A stretch of 64,000 nt of DNA, taken from assembly GCA_964016885.1 (NCBI GenBank), contig OZ024740.1:432574001-432638000 (forward strand), written 5' to 3'. Positions 11,563-26,341 of this stretch are shown here, piece after piece. Position 1 is the first letter of the stretch, and each line of letters starts with the position of its first letter. The position numbers and the translations under genes were made by a program. The notes beneath the pieces are model-generated. The model was not told where the DNA came from, did not search any database, and worked only from the letters and a program-made list of their open reading frames with translations. This DNA comes from Eledone cirrhosa. Lineage: Eukaryota.

Positions 11563-13574
11563 GTAAGTAGTCATCATTTAGAATTTAGAACTTCACACTG
11601 GCTTAGTTTAAAAGTTTGCTAAAAGAAATTTTTAAAGTTTATATTTAAAATTCTTCCTGAAAAATGTCTTAATACATGTAACAATATATTTTGTAATGTA
11701 TATCTTCTTTCAAGGATGACTGCTTCCCTTAAAATTCTTTAAACTAATGTAGATTAGCTGTTTCTATGGTTCTGTGTTTAGTGATGTCTATATTTGTATT
11801 TTTTCTATTAATCTGTGTGCGTGTGTTTGTGTATACAGACATATTTTTGTTACATTTTCACTAATATCCAAATAAATTCTTAACATAGGTCATCTGTTTG
11901 GTTGGTGCTTTTTTATTTTCAAGAAAGTTTTGTTGTTTTTCCATCACTCAGAATAAATAGATATTTTTTAACCTTGTTTATTAGAATATATATATATATA
12001 TTCATTCATTCATTAAGCATATATATATATATATATTTATGCATGTGTATATGTTTATGCATTCATAAATATACACTTAATCGTTTTGAAATGTCCAAAA
12101 AGTTTTCTTATGTAATTAATAACCATGTTATTTAATGTTGATCAAATTGTTAATACACACACTGCTATAGTTTAGAGTATATGTAACATTTGTAGCAAAG
12201 ATATGACATATTTCCTGACTTCTATACTATAAACAATGCTAATAATAGTTGTGATCAGTAGATAGTATCGGCAATGGAAAGACCAGTGGAAACATTGCTT
12301 CTTTGGTTTGATCTGAAGTGTTCCATCCCACTCGGTAAGCGAATGAGGTCGGGGTCCTGTCAATCGTTAAGAAAGAAAAAGATAATGACAATAGTGATAA
12401 TATATTTTTTAAAATGAGTCAGGAAGTTCAGCACATTTTTTTTCAAATGCGTTGGTATTTAAAAAAAAATATTATGTTATATAATCTAACTTTTGAAATG
12501 TTTCTAATAATAAATATTAAACAATTATTGTAAATATTCTTAAGATTCTTAAGTTAATTTCTTAGTTTAAATTTCAGCCAACAGTAGATATAATTCTAGA
12601 ATATATCAACTACTTGCCTGATTTGGGAAGAGATCTAACAAAAATGTGTAATATAATTTATACAGTCTTTGTTCAAATGAATTGAAATTCACAGCTATGT
12701 CCAGTGTATAATTACTTTGATAGAAAACTATATTTTTATATCACACTCTCACACACACACTCCTACACCCAGACAGACTGACTGACACACACACTGTTTG
12801 TGTATACACATATAGATATACATGTATGTATAGACTGTTATATTAAAGCTACATTACACAAACATCAAGTGTGTTCTTGAAAGGTGAAATAGACTTGGAG
12901 ATTTGTGGAATCAGAATTATATGTAGGTACCATAAAGTATGATTTTACATCTGCACAAAAGTGTCTATGAGGGTGTATAAGTGTGTATTTTGATTTACAC
13001 ACAATACATATTGGGATATATTTATTTAAAGATGAGGTCTCACTTCACTATTCTGAGTTTCCTTGCTGTCATCTTCATAGAGTTCTGTAAAACAGAAATT
13101 GAGAAATTAAGGGAAGTAGTTAAGTGAAGCTTCAGTTTCCAATAAATGAATATATATAGCAGGGAAAAGCGGACGTAAAATGATGATGATGATGATTTCT
13201 GGTTTTAGATGTAAAAATATTTGTGCTGAATACACAAAGTATAGTGTGTGTGATTTGTTTTGTAAATCTTTAATACATCTCTATGTTGGCTTTATAATGG
13301 TAACAAGGTTGATATAATGTTCCGTGACTGTGGAGGAGATAGCAGCCTCTCTCTATTTTAAAACTAATGATACAACTCTTGCTAGCAGACAGCAGATATT
13401 GAGTGTTTGTATGTGTGTGTTGGATCAACACATCTTGTTTTAAAGGAATTTTCTATTTTCAAAGAGTAAATGTTAGCTACTGTGTTGTTAGGAAACTAGA
13501 GACATTCAAATATTAATGGGCATATCCCATTGGTGTTAGAAATTGAGCTAATCTTATCAGCTCCTGCCAGAAAA

Positions 13575-13865
13575 TGTCTTCTTCTTCCCACTTATTCCTG
13601 AGAGGATTGTTGGGGCAGAGTCCTCAAATACTCCTTCCAGCTGCTCCTGCCAGAAGCAACTGTCTCCAACTGATCTGGTTGAATCCCCAAGCGAGACCAG
13701 TCAAGCTCATGGATATTATGCAACCATCTTGTTCGGGGTCTGTCCAGTGATTCATTCTTGAGACATTCTAACCACACATCCATAGTATCGGAGCTGTGAT
13801 CTATCAATTGGGAGAAGTAGCAGCTCTACCTGGAGTGACTCTCTGATCTCTAAGCTACACACAGT
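13575..13865 (-). mobile_element. Degenerate RTE-like LINE 3' fragment
   Basis: RPRTRWLHNIHELDWSRLGIQPDQLE...; same family as 870-1176. Confidence 0.6.
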
Positions 13866-14516
13866 CAAAATGGATGTTAAACAATGATAATGATGATGAC
13901 TTCTGAGGAAGATTGTTTCCAATGATAATATAGGAATAAGCTAACTGCACTTTCTTTTGAGAAGAAAGAATGTTAGTAGGGAAAGTTAAGTGAAATCTTA
14001 AATCAGATTCAATCATAAAAAACCTGTATTATCATTGACGTGTAGTTTTGTGAGAAAATACACATTTGTAGAATTCAATTTTGTGTCAATGTGTAAAAAA
14101 GTGATAGTTTTAGTAATCTGAAACTAGTAAATCTATTAGATCTGCAGCTTGATTATGACTGTGTGTGTGTGTGTATTTTCACTAGTTTGTCATTAGACTG
14201 CATTATGCTGGGACACTTAATATATATATATGTATGTATGTATGTAAAAGGTAAACAGAAATAACACAATTGGTACAGTACATAGAAGGAATATATTAGG
14301 TTAACGCTTGAAATAACAGGAAGAGGGTTTTGGACGCTAGTCCTTCATCAGAAAAATGAATGAGAAATTAGAAAGATTGTAGGGACGGGTAAGGCGGAAT
14401 ACATACATATATATCTGTGTGTGTGTATATATATATACATATATATATACGTTATTCCGGGTTGAATTGGAGGTAACCACAGTAAGTAAGGTACTCAATA
14501 CATAGCAGAGTATAAA

Positions 14517-14643
14517 AGTTTTAATATAGATGAGATTCTACAGGACTAGAACTGTTTCATTCTTTAGAAATCATCAGGATTCCTGATGATTTCTAAAGAA
14601 TGAAACAGTTCTAGTTCTGTAGAATCTCATCTATATTAAAACT
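14517..14643. repeat. ~63-bp-arm palindrome with a degenerate hammerhead core (Penelope-like terminus)
   Basis: Centre at 14580, one arm mismatch; CTGATGA at 14583 and GAAAC at 14602. Confidence 0.8.
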
Positions 14644-15796
14644 ATATATATATATATATATAAAATTAGGTTGTTAGCTCTAACATAGCTGTGTATATGA
14701 AATACGTGAATTTGTGTGTACACATTTAAAATAAATACACAAAGCCTTTCCCTAACTTCATTATATTTAGTTAATTGCTGTCTAATTACCAACAAAAGCT
14801 TGGCCTATTGACATGCATACACCAACATAGATATTTTATTATACACCTTGTTATATTTAATGACATTGCAACTACATGGTTTGAATGTGTATATTTGTTA
14901 TGTTGTTTCATATGCTTTTATTACTGTTTACCAGTTCTGTTGGACAATCAGCACTAACTTCTCATTTCTCTCCAAACCCATCTAATTTCATTCCACTCAT
15001 GCAGTTTGTTACATTCAACAGGTCATCTCTCCACTTGCTGAAAAGGTATTTGTTTTTGCTGTTTTGCTGCTAGATCCTAAGGTTTTGAAGCCCAGCAGTT
15101 GGATAGTTCTCTTGTATGCTTAGTTAGATGCAGCTAATGCACTGTAAAGGTTATTTTTATTTTATTTTTTTACCATAGGTAGAAAAATAAATATATTTAA
15201 AAAACTATACTGAGTTAAGTTTATATTTATTGACAAAATTAATAAATTTAAGTTAAAACGTATAGAGATAGGTGTCTATTTATTGACAAAATTAATTAAT
15301 ATATTAAAAAAATTGTGTTGGTTTATATTTATTGACAAAATCAATAAATCTAAGTTAAAAAATATATTGAGATAGGTGCGTATTTATTGACAAAATTCTA
15401 TTTATAATATCATTATACTTAATAATAAAGTCTATTATAAAAAGATTGTCTTCAATTAATATCTAATATATTGGAAATAATGAAATAAATTAAAAACCAG
15501 TATTTTTCAAAATGATATTTAAAACCTAAGTAAATATAAATATGATTGTCTTTTCCATCATCAGGAATGACGAGGATGAGAATTAATAATTAACTAAATT
15601 GTATTTAATTATAATAATTATAATGAAATGTTTTGTTTTTATTGGTTCTGAACATTCATTTAGATTCAGTTGGTAGAAGTAGGTCAAATATTGACAGACG
15701 TTCTCTTTGGAGAATATTTAAACCATAATGGAATTTAAGGTTTAAAGTTATTATATAAAGGACAACTGTTGGTTAAATTTAAAAAGAAAAAAGAAA

Positions 15797-15942
15797 GTCA
15801 CCCAAAATGGAATAAGGGTCTGTTTGACAATGACATTCTCAGTCACCCAGAATGGAAGAGGGTCTGTTTGACATAATGACATTCTCAGTCACCCAGAATG
15901 GAAGAGGGTCTGTTTGACATAATGACATTCTCAGTCACCCAA
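15797..15942. repeat. ~49-bp tandem repeat, 3 copies
   Basis: agtcacccagaatggaagagggtctgtttgacataatgacattctc repeated. Confidence 0.85.
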
Positions 15943-16637
15943 TAGGGACCTGTTTTATATTTTGACATCATTCTAAGTCCAATAATACTGCTTCAATTAC
16001 TTTACTATTCCATATTTACATTGTGGTTCTTTTCATGATTAATGGTAACCTCATTAGTTCCTTATATTTTATGGTTATGTCATTCCTAACTTTCTTAGTT
16101 TTCTTGTAATTCTCATCAAACCTTTCTTACGTTCTTATGAAGTTTATTATTTTGCTTTTATATTTCAAAATTGAAATATACTGTAAATAAAAAATACAAT
16201 ATGAAATGATTATTAATTTCTCTATTAATAACTTCAAATTAGGTTAGTTGGAGATTTTGTTGTTAAATCTATGTACAGGAGGTATAGCTTAAGTTCTACT
16301 AGGTTCAATAAGGTCAAATGTATAGTACTGTTGAATAGAATGATGGAGTTGTCTGGTGTGTCAGAAGAATACTCTGTTAGTTGTGCTTAAGTCAAAAGCT
16401 AGTGAAGAATATTATTGGTAGACTTACATCTATAGGGTGGAAGGAAATTATAACTGTTGAATTGAAAGATAGCTGCCCTCTCTATTTGGAAAGAGTGACA
16501 TGTGGTTAACTATTGATGTGAAGATGGTTGAGAGATAATTATGAAGCTTCATTGTGATGATGTCATTGATATTGTACTGAAGAGTTAATTAGTAATAGAA
16601 GTGAAACTGTTCCTACTTCATTGGCGATTTGGCAGTA

Positions 16638-16825
16638 AGGGCGGTGAATTGTCAGTATTGGTAGAGGGTCAGACGCCATGCTTTCCAGCATAGTTACGTC
16701 CCTTTACGGTCTAAGTCCATAACCCGTTGAGGTTAACTTTGTCTTTCATCCTTACAGGGTCGATAAAATAAAGTACCAGTAATACACTGGGATAATTGCT
16801 GGCCTTGTGCCAAAAGAAACAATTA
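16638..16825 (+). mobile_element. tRNA-derived SINE with Meta-domain-like core
   Basis: Core ctttcatccttacagggtcgataaaataaagtaccag; further copies at 24755-24945, 41800-41990 and 43615-43808 (all -). Confidence 0.75.
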
Positions 16826-16997
16826 TATGCAATCATACGGAAACAGCAGCTTCAAAAACTGAACATCATAGTATCTTTCCCAAGTAAGGATTTCTGGAAT
16901 TCTTGGGATGAACAGTTAACTAGACATAAATATACATTTGAAATGCAATTTTAACTATCGTCAAGTCAAGTTAAGTCAGTTTTGAGGTATGTTCTAT

Positions 16998-17272
16998 TGA
17001 AGGAGTGCAACCTAGTGGCTAGGGTGTTAGGTTCAGGATCATAAAGTTGTGGCTTTAATTTCTGGACTGGCTGCCACATTGTGTTCTTGAGCAAAACACT
17101 TCATTTTGCATTGCACCAGTCCACTCTGCCGAAAATATTTAGTATCAGTAGGAGCTGAGAGTTAACCCTACAACAGACTAGCATCCTATCCAGTCTTGTA
17201 TCTTGTCACTTAACACCAATGGAATTAGAATAGTTTCCCAGCTGACAAGTCTGTAGGCTTGAGAGAGACTTT
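16998..17272 (+). mobile_element. Degenerate CORE-like tRNA SINE
   Basis: cctagtggctagggtgtt head followed by gtgttcttgagcaaaacacttc core. Confidence 0.65.
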
Positions 17273-17275
17273 AAC

Positions 17276-17435
17276 ATTGTCTTCAGTGGTTCTGGTAGTC
17301 AAGGAGTTCTTCTTCACCTTCAGAGAGAGAGACTTTGTCTTCAGTGGTTCTGGTAGTCAAGGAGTTCTTCTTCACCTTCAGAGAGAGAGACTTTGTCTTC
17401 AGTGGTTCTGGTAGTCAAGGAGCTCTTCTTCACCA
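17276..17435. repeat. 59-bp tandem repeat, about 2.7 copies
   Basis: ttgtcttcagtggttctggtagtcaaggagttcttcttcacc repeated. Confidence 0.85.
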
Positions 17436-20400
17436 TATGTATATCATCAATTATTGTTACTTGTCTAGAATAGTTTGATATTTAAAGTGGGCTTTATTTA
17501 ATCAACAAATCAAGGCTAGGTTTATAGTTTTATTTCTTTATTTGTTATTACTATAATTCTAATACTTTTGTCAAAGAGAATTGCAACCAAATCAAGGCAT
17601 CTCTCTCTGTCTTGGTCATTTCTTTGCAATCATAATTAATCTTCCTTCATTTGTAATTTATCTAATCTTTAATTTATTTTTACAGACCTTTAAATATTTA
17701 CTACAAGGCAAAGCTTCTAAAAATGAGTTAAAAGGAGTCTCACTAGTTTATATTTATCTACTAATATAATGACTAACAATTATAGACAACATTTGGTTAA
17801 CTTACAAAGCAAATATAGTTGCCACTTGGCAGATAACTATAACAATAGTTGATAGCTATATATAATAGTTGAATAAATCAGGTAAAATACTATAGAAGAT
17901 AGAAGAAAGTAGAGAGAAATGTGTCGTTTGATTCCCTGCAGGCATCCTTGTCCACTTTTTCCCACATCTCCGAGTGTTTTCCTCAATTTATTCAATTATT
18001 ATTATAGTTATCTGCATTGTGGCAACTATATTTTGTAACTAGTAATTATGATTCCATGCACAAATAACTAAATTATCTTTTAAAACTTCAAAATTTAAAA
18101 TTTAAAAAATATGAATCCTGTAGATAATGTTGACAACCGTTCTCTGTCTGTTTTAATCAAACTATTTTATTATCTTCAATCAGCTAAAATATGAAGTCTT
18201 TTAAATGCAAATTTAGAAACAAAATTTAGAACAAAGAATTGTTTTATTTAAAAATTTAAAACATTGAGGCTTTTTAAAATATATACTATTGTGTATTGAC
18301 TAACTTGAAACAAAACATTTAAAAACTGTTTCTGATTCCAGTTTTAATTTGTTGGGTATATAATAGAAAGTGGTTTATTTATTTGGCTGCTTTTTATAGC
18401 TGTATGACTTGATAAAAGACTTTTTAGAAAGTTCATGTTCAAATCAGGGTTATTGAGACAACAATATATATACTATTCTCAAATTAATGAATTAGTTTAT
18501 ATCTAACTATACATTCATAAAGAATTCCTATTTAACTTAAATCTGTTTTCCATATCCCCTGTTGATTGCAATTCTTTCATCAATGCTATCAAATTAAACT
18601 CCACTCTTATTACTTTGGCAAAACAACTGAAATGTGCTAATAAATTCACCAAATGTTGTTGAGTCAATATCTTGTAATTTTCTCTCTTTTGTCTCAATTT
18701 CCCTAGCTTATTACAAATTTATTCAATAATATTTGCTTTGTTTCAGATTTTTAGAAATAAGCTGATTTGTTTTAACTGTGCTTGTGCTTTATACATATTT
18801 CTACATTTCATAAAGGTTGAGAATAGTCTTATTGTCAAGCAAACTAAATTAACTGGTTTTCTAGTTTTTTTTTTTCTGTGGCAATTTTTATGTTACTGTT
18901 AGTATATTTTGGTGTGAGTTTTATAACTGAATGGGTTTTTTTTTCTGTTATCCTTCACATTTGAAGCTATATTGTTGTTTTCTCATTAACTGAAAGTAAT
19001 GTTAATGACATTGAGAAAGCAGTAATCATTTCTCATATGCTGATCTCAGTTAAAGCCTGTTTTTAAATACTTTATTATCATTGATGATCTGACAGAAATT
19101 GGCCTAGTTTCTGTAATAGTCAGTTATCTTTAGTTACCAACCTAGCCAAAACCGGCTCTGGTTCTATGAAATAAAACCACCCCTTTTAAAGGTTTCTAAT
19201 TTATATTAAAATCTTCCAACATAATTTTATATAAGAACCTTACATTAAGTTACTGTCTTAGTAATGAAATAATTAAAAATTTAAGTTAATTCCTTCAAAA
19301 TTCTTTATCAATTACTTCTATTTTATTAGAATATGATCATGAAAGGGTTAGAATATTTCAATATTTACATCTTTATTATATGGCGAACACTGTAGAGTAA
19401 AAAGTAATTTCTTCGATGAATATGAAATCTGGATTTGATTTCTAGCAGTACCCATTTCACTTCACTGAACTTGCTTTGTTTTTGAGAAAGATATGACCAT
19501 CAATGTTATTTTTATGTTACCATCTTATAAATTTAAAACTTTATAGCCTCTCAGGGAATACAATGAAAAACTGAGTGACATTAATGAGACACTATAATAA
19601 ATGATAGTTTTAAAATAATTTTTTATATTCATGTAAAACAGTAGAATGTTCAAAAGTGATGGTCTGTGTTGGCAAATAATATGAAAAGTTTAAGTGGAAT
19701 AAATTATTTTACTATGAGGAAGAAAAGTGATAAGAGGCCAGACTCTGACCAATGAAAGTTCTTGTCAGAAACATTGGACTTGTTGACAAAATGATATAGT
19801 CCACTTAGTAGACATTTAGTACTTATATTTCATTTTGTTTCTTTTATTCTGCAGTGTTGGTATTAAAGATTGCTTTTCTGGATAAGAATTTATTATTTAA
19901 TGCAGCAAATATTTTGAAATATTGTTTTACTTTAAGATAAATTATTTAAAAAAATGGCTAAACATTATTATTGAAATATAAATTCCATGAATATATATTA
20001 AGTGAAATGTATAGTTAAGTAATATTTGGACTTGAAGATATGACTACTCAACCAGTTGAACTGTGTGTATGTATGTGTGTGTATGCATGTATTTAGTTTT
20101 GATTTGAGAATTATGTTTTTAGGCATTTGCAGACTTGTCTTATTTTGCTTCCTTTTCAAAATATGGTTGGCAATTAGTCTTTGCATGATTTCTAATTTTT
20201 TTCTTTAGCTTGTTATCAATTTTATCTCCATTTCAGCTTTAGCTATATTTACAAGTATTTTGTTCAAAGGACTGTTCATTGTTGCTAATTTTCATATTTT
20301 TCTCTTGCAGCTAAGTAATGAACTGCTAAAATATTTTCAGGTGTGTGTATGGTGGGGGACATGTGTGTTTGTGTCTGTCTGATAGTCACTCGAGTCAAGA

Positions 20401-23400
20401 TAGAATCATAAGTCTTTATCTATAGGTTTCATGTATCTTTGCTTTTGTCTGATATCCCATTTTTGTTTGTAATGTTACAAGGAAATATAATTTGTTTTTG
20501 TAAAACGTTAATATAACCTAGTCATACACTGTAAGTATGACTATGACAATGCATGGATCAAGCTAGATCATGGATCAAGCTAGACCAGCCTTGGTAAAAT
20601 CAATAAACCTCAAGGATATACATATATGTGATATTCTCAAAACTTTGAGGTAATCTTCTACAATGAATTCTCCTGTCAGTACTTGGAATTATCCTCTGTG
20701 ATCCTTCAAGACTCCAGTTTTAGTAGGAATTAATACCAAAGCCTATTTAGTCAATTACATTGTTCCCTTCAAGCAATCTCTTGATAATTACAATTCTCTC
20801 ATGTGCTCTACATGACCCAAACATTGGTACTCTGTTTTAATTAGGAACCTAGCTATCTCACTTTCATTGACCCTGTTAAGGATGCTTTTCCTAATAATCC
20901 TATCATACCTTTGTACTTATCATATAGCAACTATCCTTGATTAGTTATTGCTATGTACAACTAAATCCAACTTGGTGTTTGATAATGTCCCATCCTTTAG
21001 GTTGTGGTCAGGATATTACAATAATGACCAAGTTAAATGTCTATATTGTTCTAAAGACATTCAGCTATTGACAGCTTTTATATTCATTGCACTGCTTGCA
21101 CATTAGAGTGATGTATAATATATAAATATTGATTTTTAATTTTGTTTTAAAATGTTTTGTTTCATATCAAATCTGTCTAGGTGCCATGTTATATTTGCAC
21201 ATTCATGTAATATGTTAATATTTATCTACTTGCATGTTATAATATTTATTTATTTATTCTCAAAGTTTGATATTGGCACCACCAAACTATATCCTAACTT
21301 TTTGTTAATTCGGTGCTTCATCATTAAACCATTCTTCAGCTAATTTCCTACCATGTTGCTGCTTGATAAACAGGACTGATGGGGTTAGTATCTACACAAG
21401 ATATTCAGAACTGCCCAGCTCATATGATGAACTCTATATACTCACCCATTGCCACTTGTCTACATGTAATTTCTTAATTACATCATTTGTTTAAACTCTC
21501 ATCAGTCCTTATAAAACAGAACTATGATGTCAGCTGTTCCAGCCTTGACCGGTCATCTTTCAATCAGAACTAGTATATCTAACACTACATTGGCCAATAT
21601 GAATTTTCCTTCCTTTTTTAAGACTGTACAGTACTATTTGAGAGAGTTGGCTACTATTCCTAGCTGCTTGAATAACCACATAGATGCTTCCCTGTTTGAT
21701 CAAATTACAATACAGTATATTTATTTAATGTAATTATAGCAGTATCTTTCTCTTATCTATATTGGTGAAACAATAACATTTTATGGTATTTAGTTCTCTT
21801 GAACTCAGTCTTCACTAAATGTTACTAGTAGAACAATAGGTTAAAGAGATTCTGATAACATTTTTGGATTAACTATTTGGTTAACATATTTCTAATGAAA
21901 AACACTGCCTATGATTTTCAAGTAATCAAAGACTTAGAGTGATTTAATAATATATAAGCTGATGTTTGGAACATAACCTAACAAAGGTTCTTACATAAAA
22001 TAATGATGGAAATTTTTAGATAAATATAAACACTTAATAATAATTTTTTTTAAATCATAGAACCAGAGACACAGGCAGTTTAATATTAAAAGGGTTAAAC
22101 TATTAGTATCAAGTAATAGTTTTTTTTAAATTCTGGCTCTAGATGATATTGTTGTTTTGTTGTCATCCTTCAGTGTTAAGTTTAGGAGTTTTGTTGCAAC
22201 AATACTTTACAGTTTAGTTTTTACCCCGACCTCCTTTCTTTATCTACATATCACTTTTTTTTCCCTGCCAGCATGGGTTGTCAAGTTTAGTGTCTTTAGT
22301 TGTCATATTCTCATCTTTCAACATATAACATATTTTCAATGAGAATTCCTTGTCCTTCCTGTTCATATCAGTACAGTTATCTTCTCTGTATATATTACCT
22401 GATACATTTAATACCTGCTCCTTCTCTCACTCGACCCTTTCTACTTTGAGGAGGTTACCAGTGAAAGAAGGACAAGGAGCAGCTGAACAATAAACGTATT
22501 GATCACTGTAAGGAGGCAAGACAATTATGTTGGTGTGTACATATGATGTGAATAGATAAATATTTCAAAGGCATAGAAATAACTTCAAAGTGTGTTCTAG
22601 GTCTTATTTTCTAGGTCTAATTATGTTCTTTTGATTTTTTTCTAAATCGTCTCTTTGAGATCTTGTACCTGTAACTATACAAATCTTTGTACAAACTGTA
22701 TTTTGTACAGAAATGCTGTACCTGTAACTATACAAATCTTTGTACAAACTCTTTAATCTGTATACAGCAGACCAGAATGATAGATGGCTTTCCCAATAAT
22801 GGTACTAATATACCCCTGGGCTGCCAACCTTCCTAAAATCTCATATTATGACATATAAACTCTGTTTTATAATCATCATATTCCTAATGTTTTTTTAGTT
22901 AGTTTATCCTGTGTTTTCATTGATAATTCTGTCATCTTTCATTAAGCTTGTTTTTTTCTATTCTATTGTCTTACTTTGTTACTATTTAACCCCCCGCCTT
23001 ATGAGTGAGAAATACATTGATTTATTTCACTAATTACTACAAATTTTATTTTCTTATAATTTACATACTGATAAAATTATGACATATTAGTTGATATTTT
23101 TCTGTTAAAATGGTTGATCTTGTTTCTTTTACATGCAATTTTTTCAACAAGATGCTTATTCTGCTTAAAATATAGTTAATATGTAGATTTGGAAGCATCC
23201 CTTGGAATTTAAATTCAACTCTAAATGTTCTTCAGGCAAGCCTTATGTAGTTATTAGGCAGAAGTGGATCTAAATTTGACAATATATATTTTGTAATAGT
23301 TTAGGATGACTTTTCAAATATCTTTCTATAATTGAAATGAAAGGTTTGATATTCAGTAAGATAAATTCTACATAACAAAATAAGTTGTCTTTTAGTTAAA

Positions 23401-23598
23401 AACATGTCAGACTACATAAAATCATATTTTTACATTCAGAGGTTGAATCCATCTGAAATTAAATCTTCACCCCACCACTCCCAATTAACAAATTACTGCT
23501 AATACAGTATAATAATGGATTTGATTCAGTTGATGATATATATAAGTTTAACTTAATTAGAATTAGTTCGCTAATTATGGCTTTAAATGATATATGTA

Positions 23599-23642
<44 letters not shown>

Positions 23643-23646
<4 letters not shown>

Positions 23647-24321
23647 CATAAATGAACTAAGTAAGAAATTAGGAATAAGAGGGATCAGATATGCTGTTTA
23701 CTCGAGAGAAGACTACGTTGGTATTGTCACGTGATGCGCATGAAAGACGACTGCTGTATAAAAAAGTGCAGGGCGATCAAAATAGACGGTAGCTACGGAG
23801 TAGGCAGACCGAGAAAAACCTGGGACGACTTGATAAATTCCGACCTCACACACTTAGACCTCTCCAAGACAATGTCACTGGACCCGAGATCTTTGGTGCT
23901 ATGCAGTAATACAGAACCCGCCTTGCCTAAGTACAAAGCGAAACCTACAGTCAGTAGGCACCTCTTAACCAAAATACACCCCCGTCCCACTACCCCTACC
24001 CCCACCCCCATCTACACCACCCCTTTCAATGTAAAGTTATGTTGGTACCACAACATCCAGTCCTAAATAAATGAGGTCGTGTAGGTATCACGACAAAAAA
24101 ACACACAGTCCACGCTGTAATGTGGCCGTGTAGGTAACACGGTAAAAACCTCCCAGGCCACACTGTAAATGTGGTTGGTGTTAGGAAGGGCATCCAGCCG
24201 TAGAAAACCCGCCAGACAGTCTTGAGCAAGACAATCAATCTTGCCTCAAGTGGGACAATTCCTGTCTAACCCATGCTAGCATGGAAGATGGACGTTAAAC
24301 GATGATGATGATGATGATGAT
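23643..24321 (+). mobile_element. RTE LINE 3' fragment next to a (TA)n run
   Basis: MRMKDDCCIKKCRAIKIDGSYGVGRPRKTW plus 3' UTR and (GAT)n tail. Confidence 0.9.
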
Positions 24322-24754
24322 ATATATATACACAGTTCAAGAGTAACCAATCTGAAGGAGAGAGATGGAGATAGGAGAGGAGAGATTGGTGAATTAGTTA
24401 GAAGCCAAAGCGTAAAGGCATGTGCTCAATGTGCAATATGCAGTAGAAAGCAGCTAGGTGGCTGGGTTCATGCAGAGGTTAGGTGTGCAGAGCTGGAAAT
24501 ATTCATTAGTTAAGCAAAACAAGACCACAAATTTTACAAGGAAGACATTATTAAAAGATTGTCAACATATTTTAGTTTGATGTAAGGAATGTAGAGAATA
24601 ATAATAATAATGTCCGTTTACAATTGTTTCGCTACTCCATATAATATTTCTGGATCAGATGACTATATATCATAATTGATCTGGTTCAGTTGAAAATAAT
24701 TAACATTTAAAGAACAGAGCGGCTCATCGGAACTTCAAAGGAATATAAATTAAA

Positions 24755-24945
24755 ATAATTGTTTCTACTTTAGGCACAAGGCCAGCAATTACCCAGTGCA
24801 TTACTGGTACTTTATTTTATCGACCCCGTAAGGATGAAAGATAAAGTCAACCTCGGCGGGATTTGAACTCAGGCCGTAAAGGGATGTAACTATGCTGGAA
24901 AGCATGGCGTCCGGCCCTCTACCGATACTACCAATCCACCGCCTA
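24755..24945 (-). mobile_element. Meta-domain-like tRNA SINE
   Basis: Reverse complement of the 16638-16825 family. Confidence 0.8.
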
Positions 24946-25719
24946 TAAATATAAATTAAAATAATGAGAGAATGTTACATAATATAATGTTCCATAATAT
25001 AATGTTCCATATATTGGTTTTTCAGTATGGTGTCTTGGTTGCATCAGTTGTCAGCCATAATCAAGCAGTATTCATCTGTCGAGGCTGCATTGTGTGAGAT
25101 CTGCCCATGGGTAACAAGATGGCTGCCAAAGGACATATTTACCTTACTAATTAGAGGGTGGTTTCAGGGGAAGTAACTCCTCAAGAGATTAGAAATTGCT
25201 GGTAGTTTATAGTTAAGTGCTAATTTTTGAATTTTTTAAATGAGAGACAATGTAGGGGAGGTAACTTATAATTATCTAAGTTAGTCATAGCTATTTAACT
25301 TATTAGCTACAAGTAAAAATGGGGCTAGATGACTAAGTTGGGTCAAATATTCTATTGGCGAAGGAATTAGCCCTTCGATGTTGACAGCTAATAGTTACCT
25401 CCGTTCTATCGTTAATCGGTAGAGGTCATGATAGTTATGTAATATGATTCTGTAATACAGAGATCACAAGATTTTCTTCGTCCATTGAACGGTTGGGCCC
25501 TAGCCACGATATCCCATTTTAGTGAGTGTTGAACGTTGCTTAATTTAAGGGTTTTAATGAGCCTAGCTAGCGATGTCAGGAGCTGCGCTTTTTGTCTGTA
25601 AATCCAAGTTCAGTCGTACTTTGGTCCAAGCGGGTTGGTATATAACCCGTAGCTCCAATAATGTTGATTTATAACTTCACTATTCACAAGTGTTTTTTAA
25701 CCTTCATATCATGTATCCC

Positions 25720-25790
25720 TATTTTATCTGACGAAAACGCAAATGTCATCTCATGATGATATTTGTTTTTGAAATGCGCATAATAAAATA
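25720..25790 (+). ncRNA. Minimal type-I hammerhead ribozyme (Penelope pLTR type)
   Basis: Stem I TATTTTAT/ATAAAATA; CTGACGA; long stem II; GAAA-T-GCGC-A-TA. Confidence 0.85.
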
Positions 25791-25913
25791 CATGGAACTC
25801 TTTTAACCATCTTTTGATCTTATATTATTTATACTCCAGTCCTACAAGCTGTAGAGTGCTACTTATCCGATATCTGCATTGCTTTCTTGTACTACAATAA
25901 AACTCACCTACAG

Positions 25914-25922
25914 ATATATATG

Positions 25923-25985
<63 letters not shown>

Positions 25986-26310
25986 GTATGTATATATATA
26001 TATGTATGTATATATATATATGTATGTATATATATATATGTATGTATATATATATATGTATGTATATATATATATGTATGTATATATATATATGTATGTA
26101 TATATATATATGTATGTATATATATATATGTATGTATATATATATGTATGTATATATATATGTATGTATATATATATATATGTATGTATATATATATGTA
26201 TTTATATATGTATGTATGTATGTATATATATATGTATGTATATATATATGTATATATATATGTATATATATATGTATATATATATATGTATATATATATA
26301 TGTATATATG

Positions 26311-26341
<31 letters not shown>

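Noticed and set aside
12270-12350. Inverted similarity to 40925-41010
   Set aside because: Short diverged dispersed repeat across the gap, with no structure suggesting function
14935-15045. Candidate next TRAPPC8 exon (ccAG...GTATTT)
   Set aside because: The required phase-0 frame hits a stop codon and shows no similarity to TRAPPC8
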